The notes beneath the pieces were generated by a model that saw nothing but the letters and a program-made list of their open reading frames with translations, was not told the origin of the DNA and ran no database searches. Shown here in pieces: positions 18,635 through 28,072 of a stretch of DNA of 64,000 nt (position 1 is the first letter of the stretch; each line of letters starts with the position of its first letter). Source of the stretch: Verrucomicrobiota bacterium. GTDB taxonomy: Bacteria > Verrucomicrobiota > Verrucomicrobiia > Opitutales > UBA953. A program made the position numbers and the translations under genes. Where the stretch lies: positions 20,761 through 84,760 of the forward strand of contig VHCL01000005.1 of NCBI GenBank assembly GCA_016871725.1, written 5' to 3'.

Positions 18635-19765
18635 TCAGGGCGACGGCGGCAGGCGCACGGCCTTGCGGATATATGCAGGCACGTCGACGTCCTGGCCGTC
18701 GATGAACGTCATCGGCGTCCCGCCGAACAGCCCGCGGCGCATCGACTCCTCCGTGGCGAACTCGAAGATCGGCTGCGCGGGATCGTCCCCTTTCGCCCCC
18801 TTCTTCGGCTTCGCCGCCGGCTTGGGCGCGGGCAGCGAGGCGCCGAGCACCGAGACCTCGATGCGGTCGCCGAGCGCAGGCTCGAGGCGCGCGCAGAGGA
18901 TCGTGGAGGTCTCGCCGCCGAAGCGGGTGCGGACCGCGGCGACCGCCTCGAAGGCCTCGGTCGAGGTCATCGCGGGGCCGCCGGCGACGTGCACGAAGAG
19001 CGAGGCGACCTTGGCGACGGCGCCGGGCGCGTGCGCCAGCGGGCAGTCCGTCGCGGCGCGCGCGGCCTTCAAGGCCGCGCCTTCGCCCTGGCCCGCGCCG
19101 AAGGCGAAGAGCGTCGGCGAACCGGGGGTCGCGAGCAGCGAGCGCAGCGCGGCGGGATCGACGGCGATGAGCGCGCCGGGCGCGAACGCGCTGGCGAGCC
19201 CGCGCAGGGCGCCGCCCACCCAGGCGTCGGCCGCGGCGAAGGATTCCGACAGCGGGGCGTCGGGCGTCACCTGCTGCAGGAGGAGGTCGTTGTGCACCAC
19301 GACGAGGCCGTGGCACTTCTGGCCGAGCTTGGCGGCGGCCTCGTTGGCCTGCCGCATCCGGCGTTCGCCCTCGTGCGAGAACGGCATCGTCGCGAAGGCG
19401 AGCACGGTCGCGCCCGCCTCGGCCGCGAGGCCGGCGACCGTCGCGGCGGCGCCGCTGCCCGTGCCGCCGCCGAGGCCCGTCACGAGCACCACGACCGGGA
19501 CGCCGGCGAAGAGGCGGCGCAGGGCCGGTTCCTCCGCTTCGGCGGAAGCCAGGCCGAGGGCGGCCTCGCCGCCCGTGCCCATCCCGCGCGTCTGCGCGCG
19601 GCCGAGCTGCAGGTTGGCGCCGGGACCGCCGGCGGCGAGGGCGCGCGCGTCGGTGTCCAGCAGCGCGACGGCGACCTCGCCGGGGAGCTGGGCCGAGAGC
19701 CGGGTGACCATGGCGCAGCCCGCGCCGCCGAGGCCGACGAGGAGGATGGAAGCGGGCGAGGCCAT
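18635..19765 (-). CDS. ftsZ: cell division protein FtsZ (divergent)
   Basis: 376 aa with GLGGGTGSGAA tubulin signature, MPFSHEGERR, and a C-terminal DVPAYIRK peptide. Last gene of the dcw cluster. Confidence 0.85.
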   Translation of the reverse strand: MASPASILLVGLGGAGCAMVTRLSAQLPGEVAVALLDTDARALAAGGPGANLQLGRAQTRGMGTGGEAALGLASAEAEEPALRRLFAGVPVVVLVTGLGGGTGSGAAATVAGLAAEAGATVLAFATMPFSHEGERRMRQANEAAAKLGQKCHGLVVVHNDLLLQQVTPDAPLSESFAAADAWVGGALRGLASAFAPGALIAVDPAALRSLLATPGSPTLFAFGAGQGEGAALKAARAATDCPLAHAPGAVAKVASLFVHVAGGPAMTSTEAFEAVAAVRTRFGGETSTILCARLEPALGDRIEVSVLGASLPAPKPAAKPKKGAKGDDPAQPIFEFATEESMRRGLFGGTPMTFIDGQDVDVPAYIRKAVRLPPSP

Positions 19766-19766
19766 C

Positions 19767-21002
19767 TTAGAAGCGGAAGAGCGCCTTGAGCTGGGCCAGG
19801 AAGCCGCGGGGACGGACCACCGGCGGCGGGGCGTCGGCGAGCGCGGCGGTCATCAGGCCGACGACGCCCGCGTACTCGGGCTTGCGGAGCGACTCGTTCT
19901 CGAAGTCCGGCACGCCGACGCGCGCCGAGACGCCCATCACCTGCTGGACCGCCTCCGCCGCGTCGGCCAGATTGGCCGAGCCGCCGGTGAGGATCACGCC
20001 CGACGGGATCATGTTCTGGTCCAGGCGCACGGCGTGGCCCGGGAAGATCTGCTCGAGGCGGCGGAGGACGTCCTTGCGGACGAAGTCGATGGTCTCCTGG
20101 TAGCGCAGGGAGAGCACCTGCGTGATCGTGCCGCGGTTGAACTGCTGGTCGCCGACGCCCTTGTCGCCGTCCTTCCAGATGGTCTGGTTGACGTCGGTCT
20201 CGCGGTGCAGCGCCGAGCCGAACCGCTGCTTGAGGTCCTCGGCCGTCTCGCGGCTGATGCGCAGGGCGACGCTGAGGTCGTTGGTGAGGTGCTCGCCGCC
20301 CACGGGGATCGAGCCCGCGCAGAGGATGTGCTCCTTGTAGTAGAGGATCCAGTCCGTGGTGCCGGCGCCCATGTCGACCACGAGCACCCCGCCCTGCTTG
20401 TCCGCGTCGCTGGCCGTCGCGCAGGCGGCGGCGTGGGCGGCGAGGATGAAGTCTCGCACCCGGATGCTCAGGCCGTTCACCATGCCCACGCGCATGCGCA
20501 TGTTGCCCTCCTCCATCGTGACGCGCCAGAAGTTCACCTCGAGGCGCTTGCCCGTCATGCCGACGGGGTTGCCGACCGCGCGGTTGTCCAGCATCGTCGG
20601 CTGGCGCATGTAGAGCAGCGTGCTGCGGCCCGCCGGCGGCTCGAGGCGCTTGGCGGAGGCGACGGCGTCCGCGACGTCCTTGGCGGTGACCTTGCCGTCG
20701 TGCGCGGGCACGGCGATGAAGCCCTTCACGCGCTCGCCTTCGGCGGCCGGGCCGGACAACGAGAGGTAGACCTGCTCGACCGCGCGGCCGGAACCGCGCT
20801 CGATGTCGTTCACGACCTCATGGACGCAGTGGGTGAGTTTCTCCAGGTCGGTGACGGTGCCCTTGACGACGCCTTCGGTGCGGCGCTCGCTGAAGCTGAG
20901 CATGCGGGCCTTGCCGTCGATGACCTGGCCGAGGAGGCTGGCGGTCTTGTGGGTGCCGATGTCGATGACGGCGATGAGGGATGGCAGGGGCTTGGGGGTC
21001 AT
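19767..21002 (-). CDS. ftsA: cell division protein FtsA
   Basis: The last 411 aa of ORF 19767..21791 (IAVIDIGTHKT, DMGAGTTD, ILTGGSA actin-fold motifs). Start trimmed to MTPKPL, which overlaps the ftsQ stop (ATGA). Confidence 0.9.
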   Translation of the reverse strand: MTPKPLPSLIAVIDIGTHKTASLLGQVIDGKARMLSFSERRTEGVVKGTVTDLEKLTHCVHEVVNDIERGSGRAVEQVYLSLSGPAAEGERVKGFIAVPAHDGKVTAKDVADAVASAKRLEPPAGRSTLLYMRQPTMLDNRAVGNPVGMTGKRLEVNFWRVTMEEGNMRMRVGMVNGLSIRVRDFILAAHAAACATASDADKQGGVLVVDMGAGTTDWILYYKEHILCAGSIPVGGEHLTNDLSVALRISRETAEDLKQRFGSALHRETDVNQTIWKDGDKGVGDQQFNRGTITQVLSLRYQETIDFVRKDVLRRLEQIFPGHAVRLDQNMIPSGVILTGGSANLADAAEAVQQVMGVSARVGVPDFENESLRKPEYAGVVGLMTAALADAPPPVVRPRGFLAQLKALFRF

Positions 21003-21988
21003 CGGAGAGGGAGGGCGGCGGGGGCGGTGACGGGGACGAGACGGGGTTCGGGGACGGGCGAGGCGGCGTTCGTGCGGTTCTGGATCGACATCTTGAGCAC
21101 GTAGGCCGAGGCGGTCGTGCCGGGGCGGCGCAGGAGTTCGTCGACGTTGATGCGGCCGAGCAGCGTGAGCTCGTTGCGCCAGTTCGCGGTGGAGAAGACG
21201 ATCTCGGCCAAGGCCGGCCGGTCCATCGGCTGGGAGCCGGGGCGGACGGTGACGCGGAGGTTGGAGCCGGGCGAATCCTCCTGGGCGCCGAAGCAGTCGC
21301 GCAGCGAGACGGCCGACCACTGCTTGTAGAGCTGCGGGTAGCTCGTGCGCACGGTCAGCAGGAAGGGCGCGGCGACCTCGATGCCGTCGATGAGCAGGTC
21401 GTCGTCCGTCCCGGTCGCGCGGAAGTGCTGGATCTCGGGGAGGTTGCGGACCGCCTGCTCGGGATAGCCGACGCCGGCGAAGGTCCGCCCGTCGGCGGCC
21501 ACGAGGCGCACCTGCATGGCGGCGCTCTTCTCGGGCACGCTCACGATCTTGGCGACGGCGAGCCGCTCGCGCAGGCTGATCTCCAGCGTGCCGTCGCCGC
21601 GCCGGCGCACGTCCGCCGCGACGACCTGGTTGTCGGCCTCGAGCTCCGCCTTGATGGAACGGACGTCGCGGGCGAGGCCTTCCGGTCCCGCGGCGATGAC
21701 CTTCTTCACGAAGGCCTCGGAGAGGAAGCCGTCCGTCTGGAAGCGCAGCCTGGCGGCGGGCGCCGCGGCCGTCGCTTCGTCCACGGCCCACCAGAGCAGC
21801 GCGCCGAGCACGCCCAGGAAGAGCGCGGCGACGACGGTCGGCAGCTTGGAACGGACGACGCGCTTGCGGCCGAGTTCGCCGGCGGGCACGCGCTGCACGT
21901 CCTGCGGCACGAGGGCGCGCCAGTCACGGTCGGCCTGCCCGCGGAAGGCGTCGCGACGTCGGCCGAACAAGGAATCGAAGAAGCCCAT
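20999..21988 (-). CDS. ftsQ: cell division protein FtsQ-like
   Basis: 329 aa with one N-terminal TM helix followed by a POTRA-like region. Position between ddl and ftsA. Confidence 0.7.
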   Translation of the reverse strand: MGFFDSLFGRRRDAFRGQADRDWRALVPQDVQRVPAGELGRKRVVRSKLPTVVAALFLGVLGALLWWAVDEATAAAPAARLRFQTDGFLSEAFVKKVIAAGPEGLARDVRSIKAELEADNQVVAADVRRRGDGTLEISLRERLAVAKIVSVPEKSAAMQVRLVAADGRTFAGVGYPEQAVRNLPEIQHFRATGTDDDLLIDGIEVAAPFLLTVRTSYPQLYKQWSAVSLRDCFGAQEDSPGSNLRVTVRPGSQPMDRPALAEIVFSTANWRNELTLLGRINVDELLRRPGTTASAYVLKMSIQNRTNAASPVPEPRLVPVTAPAALPLR

Positions 21989-21990
21989 GG

Positions 21991-22914
21991 TCAGCGGCGG
22001 TCGGGGCGGGCGGCGCGCGCGAGGGCCGGGGCGGCCATGCGGCGCACGAGGGCGGGGAAATCGAGCCCGACGCAGGAAGCGCTCTTGGGCATCAGGCTGG
22101 TGGCGGTCATGCCGGGCATCGTGTTGATCTCGAGGAAATAGAAGCGGCCGTCCGGCTCAAGGAAGACATCCGCGCGGGCGAAGTCCCGGCAGCCGCAGGC
22201 GGCGAAGAGGCGCGCGGCGGCTTCGCCGACGGCGGCGGTGAGCTCCGCGGGGAGCGGCGCGGGGAAGAGGTACTCCGAGGCGCCCTTGGTGTACTTGGTC
22301 CGGTAGTCGTAGACCCCGGTGAGCGGGACGATCTCGACGAGGCCCATGGGGCGGCCGTCCAGCAGGCCGATCGACATCTCGCGCCCGCGGAGGCGGCGTT
22401 CGGCCATCCACCGGCCGGAGGCGGGGATCCCGGCCAGGGCCTCGGCCACGGCGGCCTCCCCTTCCAGCAGGTAGAGGCCGACGCTGCTGCCCTGGTCGGA
22501 AGGCTTGATCACCACGTGCTCCCCCAGTTCGGCCACGAGCGCCCCGGCGGTCGGCTTGGCGTCCCCGGCGAAGGCGACCTCGGGGATGGCCGGGACGCCG
22601 GCGGCGCGCATGGCCGCCTTGGTCGCGACCTTGTCCATGCAGAGCCGGTTGGCGGCCGACGCGCAGCCGGCGAAGGCGATCCCGCGGGCCTCGAGCTCGG
22701 CCTGGGCGCGGCCGTCCTCGCCCCAGCCGCCGTGCAACACGGGGAAGACGACGTGCCTCGCCGGGTCGAGCCACTCCGGCAGCGCGTCGGTCGCGAGCTC
22801 GACCAGCCGGGCGCCGGGCAGGACCTCGGCCACGGCCCGGCCGGAGCGGAGCGAGACCTCGCGCTCGGAGGACTGGCCGCCGCAGAGGACGACGATCTCG
22901 GCGGGGGCGTTCAT
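21991..22914 (-). CDS. ddl: D-alanine--D-alanine ligase
   Basis: The last 307 aa of ORF 21991..25158 (VLCGGQSSEREVSL, ATP-grasp, FLEINTMPGMT). Start MNAPAE overlaps the murC/B stop. Confidence 0.9.
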   Translation of the reverse strand: MNAPAEIVVLCGGQSSEREVSLRSGRAVAEVLPGARLVELATDALPEWLDPARHVVFPVLHGGWGEDGRAQAELEARGIAFAGCASAANRLCMDKVATKAAMRAAGVPAIPEVAFAGDAKPTAGALVAELGEHVVIKPSDQGSSVGLYLLEGEAAVAEALAGIPASGRWMAERRLRGREMSIGLLDGRPMGLVEIVPLTGVYDYRTKYTKGASEYLFPAPLPAELTAAVGEAAARLFAACGCRDFARADVFLEPDGRFYFLEINTMPGMTATSLMPKSASCVGLDFPALVRRMAAPALARAARPDRR

Positions 22915-25187
22915 AGCAGTTCCTTCCATTCGCGGCCCAGCGCGACGATCTCGGGTTGGAGCTCCACGCCCTGGCGGGCCTTCACCTCGGCGCGGACGAC
23001 GCGCATGAGCGCCAGGAAATCCGCGGCCTGGGCGCCGCCGGCGTTGACGAGGAAGTTGGCGTGGGTCGGCGAGACCGAGACGGGGCCGACGGCGCGGCCC
23101 TTGAGCCCGCTGAGGTCGATGAGCCGCCCGGCCTTGTCGCCGTCGGGGTTGCGGAAGACGCACCCGGCGCTCGCCTCGCGCGGCTGGGAGGCCCGGCGAC
23201 GCGCGGCGAAGTCGTCCATGCGGGCGCGGATGGCGGCGGGGTCTTCGGCCGCGGGCGAACGCAGCACGGCGGAAAGGACGACGGCGCCGTGCAGCTGCGG
23301 GCAGTCGCGGTAGAGGGCGTCGAAGCAGTCGCGGCGCGCGGCGCGCACGCGGCCCTGCGGCGCGAGCCATTCGATGGATTCGACGACGTCGAAGATCCAG
23401 CCGCCCATCGCGCCGGCGTTCATGCGCAGGGAGCCGCCGACGGTGCCGGGGATGCCTTCGAGGAACTCGAAGCCCGCGCGGCCCGCGCGCGCCGCCACGC
23501 CGCACAGTTCCTTGAGGCGGGTGCCGCCGCCCACGCGGAAGCGGCCTTCCCCGAGCTCGGTCACGGCGCCCCAGCGGGCGGCGTCGAGGTGCAGGACGAG
23601 CCCGTCGTACCCTTCGTCGGGCACGAGCAGGTTGGAACCGCGGCCCAGGACGAACCAGCGCAGATCGAGCTCGGCCGACGCGCGCAGGAGCGTCACGAGG
23701 TCGTCGACGGAAGCAGGTTCGGCATACCAGCGGGCCGCGCCGCCGAGGCCGAGCGTCGTGCGGCGGGCGAGCGGTTCGTTGGCGCGCAGGACGCAGTCCG
23801 CGGACAGGCGTCCGGCGACGAGGTCCGGGAGGTCCGCGGTCAGCACGCCTTCGCCGCGGCGGCGCAGGACCTTGGCGTAGGCCTCGGCGTCGCGCTCGAT
23901 GTCGCCCGCGCCCACGAAGGCGACCACGGTGTCGGCGCCTTCGGCGAGCGCGTCGAGCAGGGCCGGCAGCGCGCGGCGGTCCTCGACGAGGCGGTGCGCG
24001 GAACCGGCCACGATCGCGTCCGAGCCGCCGCCTTCGACGGCGGCCTCGCCGGCGGAGTAGACCGGCAGCACGAGGGCCTGGTCGGCCACGGCGAGCGCGT
24101 CGCGGAACTCGCGCGCGTACTGGCGCGTGCGGGTGTGGCGATGGGGCTGGAAGACCACGAGCAGCCGGCCGGCGTGCGTCTCGCGCACCCACTGGAGGAG
24201 CGCGGCGATCTCGGTCGGGTGATGGGCGTAGTCGGCGAGCACGCGCAGGCCGGTGCGCTCGAAGAGGACGTCCTGCCGCCGGCGGATGCCGCGCCAGCGC
24301 GCGAGCGGTTCGGCGACGAGCCCGCCCGTGATCAGGTGCGTGACCGCGAGGGCCAGCGCGGCGTTCGAGCGGTTGAAGGTGCCCGCGACGGGCAGGTTGA
24401 ACTGCCCCGCGGGGAAACGGCCGCCGAGCGCCACGACGGACGAGGCGTGCCCGCCCTGCACCAGCCGGCAGGAGTAGTCGCCGGCCTCGCCGACGCGGAT
24501 GACCGGCACCGCGAGGCCCGCGACGAGGCGCTCGAGGCGCGCGTTGCCGACGGGGATCACGACGGCCGAACGCGTGCGTTCGAAGAGCGCCCGGAAGACG
24601 GCCTCGAGCGCGGCCTCGTCGCGGTAGTAGTCGGGATGGTCCCAGTCGAGGTTCACCGCCACGGTGACGTCCGGCGAGAACGCGCCGATCGTGCCGTCGC
24701 TCTCGTCGACCTCCGCGACCACCCAGGGCGAGGTCGCCGAGGCGCGCGCGGGCGGGAACGTCGGGTCGCGGAAGAGCCCGCCGAGCACGTAGCCGAAGTC
24801 GGCGCCGGCGCTGGCGAGCGCGGCGACGAGCAGGCCGCAGGTGGTGGTCTTGCCGTGGCTGCCGCACACGGCGACGAAGCGGCGGGCGGCGACGGCCTCG
24901 GCGAGGAGCTCGCCGCGGCGCAGGGTCCGCACGCCGTGGCCGGCGGCGAGCGCGAGCGCGGGATGACCGGGCTTCACCGCGCTGGAGCGGCCGACGACGG
25001 TCGGGCGGCGGCCCGCGGCCCAGGGGTCGCGCAGGAGCGGCACTTCGCCGTTGGCGAGCTGCAGCTCCATCGGGCTGCCGGTCGCGTCGTCCCAGCCGGA
25101 CACTTCCCAGCCGTCGCCTTTCAGGTAGAGCGCGAGCGGGCCGACGCCCATGCCGCACGCCCCGAGCATCCAGGCGGAACCGCTCAT
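22911..25187 (-). CDS. murC: bifunctional UDP-N-acetylmuramate--L-alanine ligase / UDP-N-acetylenolpyruvoylglucosamine reductase (MurC-MurB fusion)
   Basis: N-terminal Mur ligase (VAVCGSHGKTTT) followed, with no stop, by a MurB-like FAD domain (RRTTLGLGGAARWY, GRGSNLLV). Start at MSGSAW overlaps the murG stop. Confidence 0.85.
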   Translation of the reverse strand: MSGSAWMLGACGMGVGPLALYLKGDGWEVSGWDDATGSPMELQLANGEVPLLRDPWAAGRRPTVVGRSSAVKPGHPALALAAGHGVRTLRRGELLAEAVAARRFVAVCGSHGKTTTCGLLVAALASAGADFGYVLGGLFRDPTFPPARASATSPWVVAEVDESDGTIGAFSPDVTVAVNLDWDHPDYYRDEAALEAVFRALFERTRSAVVIPVGNARLERLVAGLAVPVIRVGEAGDYSCRLVQGGHASSVVALGGRFPAGQFNLPVAGTFNRSNAALALAVTHLITGGLVAEPLARWRGIRRRQDVLFERTGLRVLADYAHHPTEIAALLQWVRETHAGRLLVVFQPHRHTRTRQYAREFRDALAVADQALVLPVYSAGEAAVEGGGSDAIVAGSAHRLVEDRRALPALLDALAEGADTVVAFVGAGDIERDAEAYAKVLRRRGEGVLTADLPDLVAGRLSADCVLRANEPLARRTTLGLGGAARWYAEPASVDDLVTLLRASAELDLRWFVLGRGSNLLVPDEGYDGLVLHLDAARWGAVTELGEGRFRVGGGTRLKELCGVAARAGRAGFEFLEGIPGTVGGSLRMNAGAMGGWIFDVVESIEWLAPQGRVRAARRDCFDALYRDCPQLHGAVVLSAVLRSPAAEDPAAIRARMDDFAARRRASQPREASAGCVFRNPDGDKAGRLIDLSGLKGRAVGPVSVSPTHANFLVNAGGAQAADFLALMRVVRAEVKARQGVELQPEIVALGREWKELL

Positions 25188-26263
25188 GCGGCGGCGCCGC
25201 CGGCGAGGGCGACGGTCTCCGTGGCGAGGGCTTCCCAACGGTTGGCCGCGTCGGCCAGCGCGAGCGCGTCGCGCATGGCGGCGAGAGCCGCGTTGTCCTG
25301 CAGGCGGGCGAAGACGAGGCCGGCGAGGCGGTCCAGCTCGGCCTCCGGCAGCAGGAGCGCGGCGCCGGCCCGCTCGCTCTCGCGGGCGTTGGCCGTCTGG
25401 TGGTCGTCGGCCGCGGACGGCAGCGGGACGAGGACGGCGGGCGTCCGGCAGGTCGCGAGCTCGGCGAGCGTCCCCGCGCCGGCGCGCGCGACGGCGAGAT
25501 CGGCGGCGGAATAGGCCGCGGCCATCTGGTGGCAGAACGGCAGGAACCTCACCACGGACTCGGGGGTCCGCACCTCGTCCTCGCGGCCGCCGGGACCGGT
25601 GAGGCAGAGCACGTGCACGCCGCGCGCGGCGAAGTCGGCGAGATGCGCCTCGACCCAGCGGTTGAGCCGGGCCGCGCCCTGGCTGCCGCCGACGACCAGC
25701 ACGAGGCGGCCCGCGGGCGGGAGGCCGAGCGCCCGGCGCGCGGCCTCGCGGGCCTCGGGGCGGATCTCGGCGCGCACCGGATAACCGGAATCATGCTGCC
25801 GCTCCGCGGGCACGCCCGGCAGGCGCACGCCCGCGGGCAGGTGGACCGAGGTCGCGAACCGCGCGATGAGCCGCACGGCCTTGCCGGGCCGGCGGTTGGC
25901 CTCGTGGACGATGACGGGCACGCCGGCCAGCCGGCACGCGAGCGCGGGGCCGAGGCTCATGAAGCCGCCGAAGCAGACGAGCGCCGACGGACGGAACTCC
26001 CGCAGCAGCCGCCACGAGGACCAGACGGCGCCGAGGAGCGCGGGGAAGAAGAGCAGGCGGCCGGCCAGGCCCGGGCCGAAGCCGCGGCCCTTGCCCGGCA
26101 CGAAGCGCAGGCGCGGGTAATGCGCGGTCATGCGCGCGTCGACGGCCTTGCGGCTGACGATCAGCCGGCATTCGTGGCCTTCCTCGGTGAGCCGCTGGGC
26201 GAGGGCGATGCCGGGCGCGAGGTGGCCGCCGGTGCCGCCGCAGGCGAGCAGCACGCGGCTCAT
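25184..26263 (-). CDS. murG: undecaprenyldiphospho-muramoylpentapeptide beta-N-acetylglucosaminyltransferase
   Basis: The last 359 aa of ORF 25184..27214, with ACGGTGGHLAPG N-terminus. Start overlaps the ftsW stop. Confidence 0.9.
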   Translation of the reverse strand: MSRVLLACGGTGGHLAPGIALAQRLTEEGHECRLIVSRKAVDARMTAHYPRLRFVPGKGRGFGPGLAGRLLFFPALLGAVWSSWRLLREFRPSALVCFGGFMSLGPALACRLAGVPVIVHEANRRPGKAVRLIARFATSVHLPAGVRLPGVPAERQHDSGYPVRAEIRPEAREAARRALGLPPAGRLVLVVGGSQGAARLNRWVEAHLADFAARGVHVLCLTGPGGREDEVRTPESVVRFLPFCHQMAAAYSAADLAVARAGAGTLAELATCRTPAVLVPLPSAADDHQTANARESERAGAALLLPEAELDRLAGLVFARLQDNAALAAMRDALALADAANRWEALATETVALAGGAAA

Positions 26264-27474
26264 GCGCGCGCCTCCTTCGGCTCGAAGGCCGGCTGGCCCG
26301 AGGCGCGGACGCAGTTGAGGATCAGGCCGACCATGCAGGCCATGATCACGAGGTTGGTGCCGCCGTAGCTGATGAACGGCAGCGAGATGCCCTTGGTCGG
26401 CAGCAGGCCGGTCACGACGCCCATGTTGATGAGCGCCTGGAAGACGAGGAACAGCGTCGCGCCGAGGCAGACGTTGAAACGGTAGAGGTCGGCCGAGTGG
26501 CGCATCGCGCGGTAGGCGCACCAGAAGATGCCGAGGTACGCCAGCGCCACGAGCGTCGTGGCGACGAGCCCGTACTCCTCGCCGATGACGGAGAAGACGA
26601 AGTCGGTGTGGGCCTCCGGCAGGTAGGCGCGGCCCTGCAGGCCGTTCGCCGCGCCCTTCCCCGTCAGGCCGCCGACGCCGAAGGCCACCATGCCTTCGAA
26701 GAGCTGGTAGGCCTCGTCGCCGCGCTTCTCCCACGGCTCGAGGAACGAGGTGAAGCGGCGCAGGCGGTTGGGCCAGTTGAGGATGAGGATCGTGAAGCCG
26801 CCGAGGCCGAGCAGCGCGGACGGGACCACGTAGGCCCAGCGGACGCCGGAGACGAGCATCATGACCCCGCCGACGGCGCAGCAGAGGAGGATCGTGCCGA
26901 GGTCCGGGCCGAGCGCGATGAAACCCGCGATCAGCAGCAGGACGCCGACCGGCTTGACGAAGCCTTCGCGGCAGTCGATCCAGCCGCGGTCCGTGAAGAT
27001 GAACGGCCTGCGGTCGCGCAGCCGGTAGAGCGGGAACTTGTTCGGCAGCGTATGCCGCTGCATGACCGCGAGGAAGTGCGCGAGCACGATGACCAGGGCG
27101 AGCTTGCCGAGGTCGGAGGCCTGCAGGCGGAAGAAGCCGAAATCGATCCAGCGCCACGAGCCGTTGACCGAGACGCCGACGCCGGGCACGCGCGCGAGGA
27201 ACATCAGCCCGCACGCGACCCAGAGGATGCGGATGCGCCAGGCGCGGGCCAGGTCCAGGTCGAGCCGGTAGAACGCGTAGCCGGCGAGGAACGCGACCGG
27301 GACGTAGGCGAGCTGGCGGTAGAAGGCGGCGGTGCGGTTGCTCGCCGAGAGCGAGATGCCCGCGCTGTACTGCACCATCAGGCCGAACAACGCCAAGGTC
27401 ACCGCGAGCACGAAGATGCCGAGGGCGTACCCACCCAGGGCGCCCGGCTCCTCCTGCCTGACCTTGATGACCAT
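26260..27474 (-). CDS. ftsW: peptidoglycan glycosyltransferase FtsW (SEDS family)
   Basis: 404 aa polytopic membrane protein with SEDS motifs (LPEAHTDFVFS, LPTKGISLPFISYGG). Confidence 0.9.
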   Translation of the reverse strand: MVIKVRQEEPGALGGYALGIFVLAVTLALFGLMVQYSAGISLSASNRTAAFYRQLAYVPVAFLAGYAFYRLDLDLARAWRIRILWVACGLMFLARVPGVGVSVNGSWRWIDFGFFRLQASDLGKLALVIVLAHFLAVMQRHTLPNKFPLYRLRDRRPFIFTDRGWIDCREGFVKPVGVLLLIAGFIALGPDLGTILLCCAVGGVMMLVSGVRWAYVVPSALLGLGGFTILILNWPNRLRRFTSFLEPWEKRGDEAYQLFEGMVAFGVGGLTGKGAANGLQGRAYLPEAHTDFVFSVIGEEYGLVATTLVALAYLGIFWCAYRAMRHSADLYRFNVCLGATLFLVFQALINMGVVTGLLPTKGISLPFISYGGTNLVIMACMVGLILNCVRASGQPAFEPKEARA

Positions 27475-27492
27475 GGCGGACGGCGCGACGGC

Positions 27493-28029
27493 TTACTTCT
27501 TGTCCGGCGCGGCGACCGGGGCGGGCGCGGTGCCGGTGAGCGGGACGAGCTTGAGCGGGGCGAAGGTCGGGGCGGGCGCCGGCGCGGCCTTGGGCGCGGC
27601 GGCCTTCGGGGCGGCGGGCGCCGAGGCCGACGGGATCGTCAGGACCTGGCCGGCCTTGAGCATGGCGTTCAGCGGGAGGCCGTTGGCCTTGGCGAGCGCG
27701 CCGATCGCGACGTTCTCGCTGCGGGCGACGCTGAAGAGCGTGTCGCCCTTGACGACGGTGCGCTTGCCGCCCGGACCGACGGGACCGTTCGCGGCGAGCT
27801 TGGTCGGCGCCGGGGTCGGCAGACGGTCGGAGGGCACGGCGGCCGGAGCCGGCGCGACGGCCGCGGGCGCGGCCGCGGGCGCGACGGGGCGGGCGCCGCC
27901 GGAGAAGGCGGCGGTGTCGCCGGGCTGCTCGAAGCCGCTGGTGCTGCGGCAGCCGTTGACGCCGACGAGGACGGCGATGACGCAGAGGTGGACGAGCACG
28001 ACGGCGGTGACGGTGATGATGGGACGCAT
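27493..28029 (-). CDS. LysM domain-containing membrane-anchored protein
   Basis: 178 aa. N-terminal hydrophobic segment ending VNGC, Pro/Ala-rich linkers, and one LysM motif (VVKGDTLFSVARSENVAIGALAKANGL...LKAGQVLTIP). Confidence 0.75.
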   Translation of the reverse strand: MRPIITVTAVVLVHLCVIAVLVGVNGCRSTSGFEQPGDTAAFSGGARPVAPAAAPAAVAPAPAAVPSDRLPTPAPTKLAANGPVGPGGKRTVVKGDTLFSVARSENVAIGALAKANGLPLNAMLKAGQVLTIPSASAPAAPKAAAPKAAPAPAPTFAPLKLVPLTGTAPAPVAAPDKK

Positions 28030-28072
28030 GGTGGTGTGGGTGTCGGGACTGGGTGGGTTTGGTGTGAGAAGA

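Noticed and set aside
21991-25158. 1055-aa minus-strand ORF spanning ddl and most of murC/B
   Set aside because: Only the last 307 aa are Ddl. The preceding roughly 750 aa are Arg/Pro-rich and read out of frame through murC/B. The same applies to the long N-terminal extensions of ORFs 19767..21791, 25184..27214, 28073..30154, 29344..30972, 30458..32101, 40615..41556, 42861..44222 and 51458..52927, which were trimmed to the Met giving a recognisable N-terminus.
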